64,000 nt of DNA from Candidatus Gottesmanbacteria bacterium. GTDB taxonomy: Bacteria > Patescibacteriota > Microgenomatia > UBA10105 > UBA927. Below, piece after piece: positions 19,514-27,041 of the stretch. Below the pieces are notes generated by a model. It saw only the letters and a program-made list of their open reading frames with translations. It was not told the DNA's origin and ran no database searches. Both the position numbers and the translations under genes were made by a program. Location of the stretch: positions 795,505 through 859,504 of the forward strand of contig JAHFKK010000001.1 in the NCBI GenBank assembly GCA_023245335.1, given 5' to 3'. Position 1 is the first letter of the stretch; the number at the start of each line of letters is the position of its first letter.

Positions 19514-21604
19514 TTAGGCTAGCTTCATGCGCACATCGACGACCTTGGCTCCTTTGCCTTTGGGGTAGAGGGTGAAAGGGTTGATGTCGATTTCAGAAAT
19601 TTCCGGGAAATCCTGCGCAAGTCGTCCCAGCCTCCCTAACCCATCAATAAGCGCGTCTACATCAAGAGCCGGCGTTCCTCTGTAGCCGTCAAAAAGTGCC
19701 CGTGCATGAAGTGATGCGATCATTTCCTTTGCATCGAATAGATCAATCGGTAAAACCCCAAAAGCAACGTCTTTGGTCACCTCGACGTAGGTTCCTCCCA
19801 TACCCACCATGACCATTGTGCCGAAATGAGGTTGTTTGACTATCCCAAGAATGCATTCAAGTCCCAAAGGTGCCATTTCTTTCACGATGACGCCGTCAAC
19901 TCGCGCTTCAGGTACGTGGGCCCGTACATTTTTCATGATTGTCTCGTACGCGTCGCTTGCAGTATTTGCTGTCACATTCAAGATGACTCCGCCGACATCG
20001 CGCTTATGGGATATTGCGGGAGAACTTATTTTGACTGCACAGGGAACACCAATCTTTTGGACGGCCGCTACCGTTTCTTCGGTGGAGGCCGCCTGTATAG
20101 TCGTAAGAATGGGAAATCCGTACGCGGACAGAATAAGCCCGGCCTCCCGTTCGGGAATGAAGCCTTCGGTATTCGGTAGGTGCCATAAGATACTGCGAAC
20201 GCGTTCTGCATCCATGTGACCGTAAGAAAAAGGAGATGGTATCGGGCAGCCACGCGCCGCGAATGCAGAAAATCTTCCCAAAGCCCGGGCGGCGTCCTCC
20301 GGATACTCGGTGACTGCTATACCCTTTCCCCGCAAGATGGTAATACCCTGCGTGACCGCGTCCTGCCCCATAAATGAGGCGATGACAGGTTTGTCCGTCG
20401 GAAGACCGGCAACCACTTCAGCGGTCTTGGTAATTTCGGTCCCGGATTGCGGCGTGAGAAGAACCAGTAAACTGTCGACTGCAGGATCCGCAAGAAGCGT
20501 GCGTGTGGCTGATTCATACCTCTCTGCCTTGGCGTCGCCGAGTATATCAACAGGATTATGAACGCGGGCGGTCTCTGGCAGCTGTGATTGTAATTTTTCT
20601 ATCGACGCCGCCGATAGTTCAGCCAAATGCAGACCAAAATCTATGGCCTCATCTGTTATGAGGACACCAGGACCGCCTGCGTTGGTGACGATAGCAACAT
20701 GAGAGCCCTTAGGTGCGACGTTCGATGAAGCGACCATGGCAGAGCTTAAAAATTCCGAAATTGTGGCAACTCGTATGCTTCCGCTTTGGCGGGCAAGCGC
20801 GCTATAGTACGCGTCGACACCACCGAGGGCTCCGGTATGAGAAGCGGATGCGTGCGAGCCTTCCTTTGTGCGTCCTGACTTCAAAAAAATGATGGGCTTG
20901 GGACTTGGTACGCAGGATACTTTTTTTGCGGCCGTGATAAACCGGGAAGCATCCGAAATGTCCTCAACATAAAGAAGGATCACTTTAGTTTTTTCGTCGG
21001 TAGCAAGGTACGAAAGAAGGTCCGTCTCATCAACGGTCGCTTTATTGCCTGTACTCACGCATTTGGAAAACCCAAGCCGCCACTTTTTGGCATAATCAAG
21101 TATGGCGGTCATCAAAGCACCGCTTTGCGAAACAAATGCGATCGATCCATCCATAGGCAAGTCACCTGCAAAAGACGTGTTGAGCCCAATTTCAGGATTC
21201 ATGATTCCGAGACAATTCGGGCCAACAAGGGTCACATCATACTTGAGAGAGAGATCCTTCGCCTCTTCCTCCAGCTTGGCGCCTTCCGGACCTGTTTCCC
21301 GGAATCCTGCAGAAATAACGACGAGATGCTTGATCCCAAACTTACCGGCTTCCTCCACGATAGAGGGTACGGAGGCGGCAGGGGTCGCGATAACAGCAAG
21401 ATCAACCGGCGCGGGAAGTTTGGATACGCTCGGATAACAGACAGTCCCATCAAGGTCGGTATGATTTGGATTCACATAGTATACCGCCCCTTTAAATGTG
21501 TTGAGGTTATGCCGAAGACTGTTGCCAACACTATCAGGCTTCACGGATGCGCCGACGATAGCGACAGAGGACGGGTAAAACAATTTCGCAAAATCACTGG
21601 CCAT
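19514..21604 (-). CDS. acd: acetyl-CoA synthetase (ADP-forming), fused alpha/beta subunits
   Basis: CoA-binding N-domain (SVAIVGAS, VDLAVIATP), succinyl-CoA-synthetase-like flavodoxin domain, C-terminal ATP-grasp. The listed ORF extends to 21688, but the likely start is the internal MASDFAKLFYP Met. Confidence 0.8.
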   Translation of the reverse strand: MASDFAKLFYPSSVAIVGASVKPDSVGNSLRHNLNTFKGAVYYVNPNHTDLDGTVCYPSVSKLPAPVDLAVIATPAASVPSIVEEAGKFGIKHLVVISAGFRETGPEGAKLEEEAKDLSLKYDVTLVGPNCLGIMNPEIGLNTSFAGDLPMDGSIAFVSQSGALMTAILDYAKKWRLGFSKCVSTGNKATVDETDLLSYLATDEKTKVILLYVEDISDASRFITAAKKVSCVPSPKPIIFLKSGRTKEGSHASASHTGALGGVDAYYSALARQSGSIRVATISEFLSSAMVASSNVAPKGSHVAIVTNAGGPGVLITDEAIDFGLHLAELSAASIEKLQSQLPETARVHNPVDILGDAKAERYESATRTLLADPAVDSLLVLLTPQSGTEITKTAEVVAGLPTDKPVIASFMGQDAVTQGITILRGKGIAVTEYPEDAARALGRFSAFAARGCPIPSPFSYGHMDAERVRSILWHLPNTEGFIPEREAGLILSAYGFPILTTIQAASTEETVAAVQKIGVPCAVKISSPAISHKRDVGGVILNVTANTASDAYETIMKNVRAHVPEARVDGVIVKEMAPLGLECILGIVKQPHFGTMVMVGMGGTYVEVTKDVAFGVLPIDLFDAKEMIASLHARALFDGYRGTPALDVDALIDGLGRLGRLAQDFPEISEIDINPFTLYPKGKGAKVVDVRMKLA

Positions 21605-21689
21605 ATGTCTATCATACGGCACGCGCCTTTTGTTGGCTATTCGTCTTTTCCCGAGATACGGGAGGGTCGGAAAGAGGCTGCACGCCATC

Positions 21690-21872
21690 TTAAGGGCTAA
21701 ATACTATTAAGCGGGTTGATTCACCCGGTACCTCAGGTCTGAATGGCCCTTTGATAACGATCACGTTATGTTTGCGGCTGAATCGGAAATGATCTCCGGA
21801 ATTGGATTCGATCACGACGCGTCCATCCTCTTTCCGGTCAAACTGCCAACCGGCTTCTTTAAGCTGTCCCAT
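21690..21872 (-). CDS. putative HicA/YcfA-like mRNA interferase (orphan)
   Basis: 61-aa product MGQLKEAGWQF...GDHFRFSRKHNVIVIKGPFRPEVPGESTRLI matches the GW..R..GSH..F....V.VP..(L)P.G pattern of HicA. The longer ORF start would overlap the rsmI 3' end, so the internal Met is preferred. Confidence 0.3.
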   Translation of the reverse strand: MGQLKEAGWQFDRKEDGRVVIESNSGDHFRFSRKHNVIVIKGPFRPEVPGESTRLIVFSP

Positions 21873-21954
21873 GAGTTCCCTATGAGGGAGTCTCAATCTC
21901 AGAGAACGTGACCATGCGATTCCCAAGGATGTCACACTTTCGTAGAGTCGAATT

Positions 21955-22701
21955 TCAGCGCCCTGTATTACCTCTGTGTCCTGCGGCATGCGGGGATTGT
22001 ATACCAAATACGAGTACAATTTCACCTTTTGGGTCTTTGAAATGGGCTAAAGCATCCGCAATAGGTCCCCGCCAGTGCTCCTCGTGGACTTTGGTGAGCT
22101 CACGACAAATCACGATATCTATGTTTCCCATGACTTCCTGCATATCCTTGAGAAGCGAATCGAGTTTGTGTGGCGCGCTATACATAATATATGTACTATG
22201 TACGAATTGGTTCATCGATACGATGTTACGTAAAAGCGCTTGTCGGTGACCCTCTTTTTCCGGAGGGTATCCCAAAAAAGTAAACGTATCGGCAGGGAAG
22301 CCGGAACTCGTGAGGGCAGTAAGGACGGCAGAAGCGCCGGGTATGCTTACGACAGTAATATTCCGCTTTCTCGCTTCCGAAACCAGCACATAGCCGGGAT
22401 CCGAAATAAGAGGAGTACCGGCATCACTCACCAGCGTCATATTTTCTCCGTTTATAAGCCGCTCGATAAGCTCCGGCATGAGCGTGCGTTCGACAGTGTT
22501 GTCGTAGCGCAATAATTTCGGATGTTTTGCGCCCGGGGGAATGAGAAACGGAAAACGCTTCTCCAACAAATCTATAAGCATGCCGGTTTGCCGCGTGTCC
22601 TCGCACAGAAGCACGTGTGCCGTGTACAGGATGCGCGCTGCGCGGATCGTTATGTCTTCAAGATTTCCGATAGGTGTCGCGACGATATAGAGCGTTCCCA
22701 T
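21955..22701 (-). CDS. rsmI: 16S rRNA (cytidine1402-2'-O)-methyltransferase
   Basis: MGTLYIVATPIGNLEDITIRA...LLCEDTR tetrapyrrole-methylase-like N-terminus typical of RsmI; start taken at the internal Met (ORF extends to 22761). Confidence 0.8.
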   Translation of the reverse strand: MGTLYIVATPIGNLEDITIRAARILYTAHVLLCEDTRQTGMLIDLLEKRFPFLIPPGAKHPKLLRYDNTVERTLMPELIERLINGENMTLVSDAGTPLISDPGYVLVSEARKRNITVVSIPGASAVLTALTSSGFPADTFTFLGYPPEKEGHRQALLRNIVSMNQFVHSTYIMYSAPHKLDSLLKDMQEVMGNIDIVICRELTKVHEEHWRGPIADALAHFKDPKGEIVLVFGIQSPHAAGHRGNTGR

Positions 22702-22799
22702 AGCGGCATTATACCAAAAATTCATGAGGCACCCGGTTGGCCTACTTTTTGTGAGATGCAATACTTGAGACTTAGCCCAAACTCCCGTAGAATAATCAA

Positions 22800-23429
22800 A
22801 TGGTTGAATTATTCGGCAGTTGGATTATTCATTTCATCTCGACATTGGGCTACGCAGGCATTTTTGTGTTGATGACCCTGGAATCGGCGCTTATCCCAAT
22901 ACCATCCGAGATCACGATGCCGTTTTCGGGTTCCCTGGTCGCGCTGGGACAGTTTAATTTCTGGCTTGTGGTCCTAACAGGCACGCTCGGGAATTTAGTC
23001 GGGTCACTCCTTGCGTATTGGCTTGGTTGGTGGGGTGAAGAGGCGGTTGTCCGACACGTCATCGTCAAATACGGAAAGTACGTCCTCATCTCCGAACATG
23101 AATATGACCATTCGGAACGTTGGTTTCGAAATCACGGAGAACTCGTCGTATTTTTAAGCCGCGTGTTGCCGGTCCTGAGGACATTCATCTCGCTTCCTGC
23201 GGGGGTAGCGAAAATGAAACTCCCTAAATTTATAGCGTACACTGTCGTCGGCTGTTTCATTTGGTCAATCGTCCTCACGCAAATTGGCGTAGTTCTGGGC
23301 AATAACTGGAAATCGCTTCAGGTATACTTCCATAAATTTGACATCGTTATCGTCATCGCAGGAGTTCTGGTGGTCGGATGGTACGTGTGGAGGAAGCTGA
23401 AGCACTTCCGTAAGCCGAAAACGCTTTAA
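22800..23429 (+). CDS. DedA/SNARE-associated family membrane protein
   Basis: Multi-TM protein with DedA-type motifs (ESALIPIPSEITM, GxxxRxxSLPAG-like FISLPAGVAKM). Confidence 0.7.
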   Translation: MVELFGSWIIHFISTLGYAGIFVLMTLESALIPIPSEITMPFSGSLVALGQFNFWLVVLTGTLGNLVGSLLAYWLGWWGEEAVVRHVIVKYGKYVLISEHEYDHSERWFRNHGELVVFLSRVLPVLRTFISLPAGVAKMKLPKFIAYTVVGCFIWSIVLTQIGVVLGNNWKSLQVYFHKFDIVIVIAGVLVVGWYVWRKLKHFRKPKTL

Positions 23430-24049
23430 ACGAGTTTTCGTATAAGCCCTACGCATTTCCCCTGAATTTTGACATGGGTCGTGAATATCGGGGACATGGC
23501 TGCATTTGCCGGCATTAGCTTGATGCGATCTTTCTCAAAATATATCCTTTTCAGCGTCGCGAGGCCGTTAGGCAAAAGCGCTACGACGATATCGCCGTTT
23601 TTCGCATCCTGCTGGTGCTGGATAACCACATAATCGCCATCCAATATCCCATCTTCAATCATGGACTGGCCTTTGACCTGCAATACATAGTGCGGCTGAC
23701 TCGATGCGATCATGGAGGGAGCGACCGAAATATAGAAGTTGGGGTCGGTATACGGCTCGAGCGGTGAACCGGCCGCGATAAATCCTAAAACAGGCAGGTC
23801 CATGGTCGCGGCGTTCCCCGCAGGTCGATAATTCTCGGAGACAATCTCGATGCCCCGTGCGGTTCCGTCCAGTTTACGGATGAATCCTTTTTGACGAAGC
23901 CTATCTACGTGCTCGTGGATGGTCGCCGGAGAATGGATATTCATCGCCTCTCCGATTTCCTTCAGGGTCGGTGCGTACCCATAGCGCGTTATGAATTGCG
24001 TGATAAAATCAAGGAGTTGGCGTTCTCTTGGATAAAGTATTGCTGGCAT
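23426..24049 (-). CDS. lexA: LexA repressor (SOS regulator)
   Basis: N-terminal winged HTH (LTxRQxEVL-like, ERQLLDFITQFITRYGYAPTLKEIG), Ala-Gly cleavage site (AAG), S24 peptidase Ser/Lys (VKGQSM ... LKR). The ORF begins at a TTG at 24061; the ATG at 24049 is the probable start. Confidence 0.85.
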   Translation of the reverse strand: MPAILYPRERQLLDFITQFITRYGYAPTLKEIGEAMNIHSPATIHEHVDRLRQKGFIRKLDGTARGIEIVSENYRPAGNAATMDLPVLGFIAAGSPLEPYTDPNFYISVAPSMIASSQPHYVLQVKGQSMIEDGILDGDYVVIQHQQDAKNGDIVVALLPNGLATLKRIYFEKDRIKLMPANAAMSPIFTTHVKIQGKCVGLIRKLV

Positions 24050-24061
24050 ACTATACAACAA

Positions 24062-24200
24062 ACCGAAACTGTATTAGACTTTAATGCAGTATTCCAAAAA
24101 TATACCGAACTGTCAAGAGAACAAAGTGGATATTTCTCTATCAAAACCGAAAGAAAACCGAATGAAAAAAATATAATACGAAAATGGTACGTATGGATCT
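24062..24200. promoter_or_regulatory. divergent lexA/uvrB promoter region with a candidate operator
   Basis: Minus strand: TTGACA-17-AATACT promoter for lexA. An imperfect dyad/direct repeat ACTGTAT-N13-GCAGTAT (24068-24091) overlaps its -10 and start. Plus strand: TATAAT at about 24172 before uvrB. Confidence 0.4.
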
Positions 24201-26204
24201 ATGAATCAATTTAAGCTTGTTTCCGACTTCAAACCGACCGGGGATCAGCCCGAAGCAATAGACAAACTGACAAACGGACTCGCAAAGAAGCGTCCGGACC
24301 AGGTGTTGGTCGGTGTAACAGGGAGCGGCAAGACATTTACCATGGCCAACGTGATTGAGAGGGTACAGCGGCCAACGCTCATTATTTCTCATAACAAGAC
24401 ATTGGCCGCGCAACTCTATCAGGAATTCCGTGATTTTTTCCCGGAAAGTGCCGTCAGCTATTTCGTTTCGTATTATGACTACTATCAACCCGAGGCCTAT
24501 ATACCTCAAACGGACACGTATATCGAAAAGGAGACGGAAATAAATGACGAGATAGATAAATTGCGCTTAGCCGCGACAACCAATCTTTTGACGCGTCATG
24601 ACACGATCATCATCGCCTCCGTTTCGTGCATTTATAACATCGGTTCTCCGAAGGAATACGGACATTTCGTATTGGAACTCAAACCGGGCATCAAGATCTC
24701 ACGCCAAAGCATTTTTGAGAGGCTCGTGCAGCTGCAGTATGAGCGGAGCGACTATGGATTCCACCGCGGAACGTTCCGCGTCAGAGGACCGAACATCGAC
24801 ATATTCCCTGCGTATGAAAGTGAAAGCATCCGCATCACCCTGACGGAAAAAGGTATAGGTACCATTACCCGGCATGATCCGCTTACCGGTAAAACACTGG
24901 AAAATCTCCTGGGAACCGTCATATATCCCGCCAAACACTACATGACTGATCCGAGAAACTATAAAGAAGTGTTTGCCGTCATAGAGAAGGATCGTGACGA
25001 ACGCGTCGCGGAATTTAAGAAACATGAGAAATTTATAGAAGCTCAACGCATACAGGAACGAGTCACCTATGACCTTGAAATGATTCAGGAGGTGGGGTAT
25101 GTCAACGGCATAGAGAACTACAGCCGTTATTTTGACGGCCGGAAGCCGGGAGAACCGCCGTATTCACTTCTGGATTACTTTGAGGAGGCGGTAAAAAGAG
25201 ACTGGCTGCTATTTATAGATGAGTCGCACATGACCATTCCTCAAATACGCGGCATGTATCAGGGTGACCGCTCACGGAAACAGACGCTTATTGATTATGG
25301 CTTCCGTCTGCCGGCGGCCATAGATAACCGGCCGCTTCGGTTTGAAGAATTCCTGCGGCGCATACCGCAAACGATCTATGTTTCAGCGACTCCCGATGAA
25401 TGGGAAGTCTCACGGGCCATGCAATCAGGCAGCGAGGCTATCTCGGAGCAGCTCATACGACCAACCGGTCTCACGGATCCCGAAATCTCCGTACGCCCAA
25501 GCAGAGGCCAAATAGAGGATCTCAGGCACGAAATTGAAGACCGCGTCACCCGTCACGAACGCGTCCTTGTGACGACTCTTACCAAGCGGACAGCCGAAGA
25601 TTTGGCGAAGTTTTTGTCGGATCACGGGCTCAAGGTACATTATCTTCACTCGGATGTAGAAACGCTCGAGCGAAGTGATATCCTCGCGGATTTGCGGGGA
25701 GGCACATACGACGTCGTGGTCGGTATTAATCTGTTGCGGGAAGGGCTGGATTTGCCGGAAGTTTCTCTCGTCGCGATCCTCGACGCCGACAAGGAGGGCT
25801 TCCTCCGGAGCCGCACCAGTCTCATCCAGACTATGGGAAGGGCATCGCGCCACTTACACGGGAGGGTCATTCTCTACGCTGATACGATGACCAAATCCAT
25901 GACGGCCGCTATCTCCGAAGTGGAACGTCGCCGCGAAATCCAATTGTCTTACAACCGAAAGAACAATATTACGCCTCTTTCTATCGTCAAACCGATCCGT
26001 TCGCGGCTGGTCGAAAAGGAAAAGGAGATCGTAGATGACCTGGAGGCATCGCTCAAACCGGAAGCCCTCGAAGCGATGACGCCTATGGACAAAAAGAAAA
26101 AACTCGTACAATTAAATCAACTCATGCGCCAGGCTAGTAAGGACTTGGATTTTGAAACAGCAGCCAAATACAGAGACATGATTAGCGGACTCGAGAAGTC
26201 CTAA
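24201..26204 (+). CDS. uvrB: excinuclease ABC subunit B
   Basis: GDQPEAI, GVTGSGKTFTMA Walker A, SYFVSYYDYYQPEAY beta-hairpin region, helicase motifs, C-terminal UVR domain. Confidence 0.9.
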   Translation: MNQFKLVSDFKPTGDQPEAIDKLTNGLAKKRPDQVLVGVTGSGKTFTMANVIERVQRPTLIISHNKTLAAQLYQEFRDFFPESAVSYFVSYYDYYQPEAYIPQTDTYIEKETEINDEIDKLRLAATTNLLTRHDTIIIASVSCIYNIGSPKEYGHFVLELKPGIKISRQSIFERLVQLQYERSDYGFHRGTFRVRGPNIDIFPAYESESIRITLTEKGIGTITRHDPLTGKTLENLLGTVIYPAKHYMTDPRNYKEVFAVIEKDRDERVAEFKKHEKFIEAQRIQERVTYDLEMIQEVGYVNGIENYSRYFDGRKPGEPPYSLLDYFEEAVKRDWLLFIDESHMTIPQIRGMYQGDRSRKQTLIDYGFRLPAAIDNRPLRFEEFLRRIPQTIYVSATPDEWEVSRAMQSGSEAISEQLIRPTGLTDPEISVRPSRGQIEDLRHEIEDRVTRHERVLVTTLTKRTAEDLAKFLSDHGLKVHYLHSDVETLERSDILADLRGGTYDVVVGINLLREGLDLPEVSLVAILDADKEGFLRSRTSLIQTMGRASRHLHGRVILYADTMTKSMTAAISEVERRREIQLSYNRKNNITPLSIVKPIRSRLVEKEKEIVDDLEASLKPEALEAMTPMDKKKKLVQLNQLMRQASKDLDFETAAKYRDMISGLEKS

Positions 26205-26916
26205 GCCGCCTCCCCAAATGGTGGACAAACACACGCGCGACATACCATGAATCCTTGAGTATTTTATAATGGCTCGCACGGTTCTTGTTGAGATAAATCG
26301 TTTCAATAGGGAATTCTACGATGGGTATCCCGGCGTTTATTGCCTGGACGATCATGTCGAGTTCAAAATCGTATTTATCAAATACACTCCCGACGCATTG
26401 CTCCATAAGTCCGGCCGGTATATAGCGCAATCCCGACTGCGTATCTCCCACATGGGTTCCGTGTAAAAGACGCAAAAATCCGCGTGTCAGTGCGTTGCCG
26501 GTACGGCTTTTGAGCGGCATGTTTGACCGGGTCACCCTCGTCCCGATAAGGAAGGCTGTTGCGCTCTTACGTGCGAGCGCATCGCAAATGAGTATGTCGT
26601 GAGCGACATGCTGCCCGTCAGCGTCGGCGGTTATGATGCCGCCTGCTTCCGGCATAGTGCGGAGTATATGCTGCATAGCAGTCTTCAAAGCCGCGCCCTT
26701 TCCTTTATTCTTCGTGTGTACGAGAAGTGATGCTTCATACGAGCGGACTAAACGCCGAAATAGAGGGTTAAAGGAAGGATGGCTGCCGTCGTTGACGATC
26801 ACAATCGGAGCCGTGTGATTTTTCCTAAGCGAGTCCACAAAGGGCTCAAATTCACCCGGAGGATTATATACGGGTATGACGACCGGTATAACGCTCGGCT
26901 TTTTCATCGTTTCCAT
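26182..26916 (-). CDS. family 2 glycosyltransferase
   Basis: VIPVYNP...VIVNDGS...DADGQH (DxD) motifs of GT2 (dolichyl-phosphate-mannose-synthase-like); 3' end overlaps uvrB convergently. Confidence 0.7.
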   Translation of the reverse strand: METMKKPSVIPVVIPVYNPPGEFEPFVDSLRKNHTAPIVIVNDGSHPSFNPLFRRLVRSYEASLLVHTKNKGKGAALKTAMQHILRTMPEAGGIITADADGQHVAHDILICDALARKSATAFLIGTRVTRSNMPLKSRTGNALTRGFLRLLHGTHVGDTQSGLRYIPAGLMEQCVGSVFDKYDFELDMIVQAINAGIPIVEFPIETIYLNKNRASHYKILKDSWYVARVFVHHLGRRLRTSRVR

Positions 26917-27041
26917 ACTATATCAGGTGCCCTCTTATAAACAAAGCTGGATGGTGAGTTGGCCTCGAGAATCTGTATGCAGGAATACAAATAATTAGTG
27001 TATAATGCATAAGCCACGGTGCATCGGTGGTCATTTTGCTT

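Noticed and set aside
19514-21688. Full-length 724-aa form of the acd ORF starting at 21688
   Set aside because: The first 28 residues (MACSLFPTLPYLGKRRIANKRRVPYDRH) look non-native; the conserved CoA-binding domain begins right after the internal MASDF Met. Left as a possibility.
21873-22025. Longer 111-aa form of the HicA-like ORF
   Set aside because: Its first 50 codons overlap the 3' coding end of rsmI in a different frame; the internal Met gives a 61-aa product of typical HicA size.
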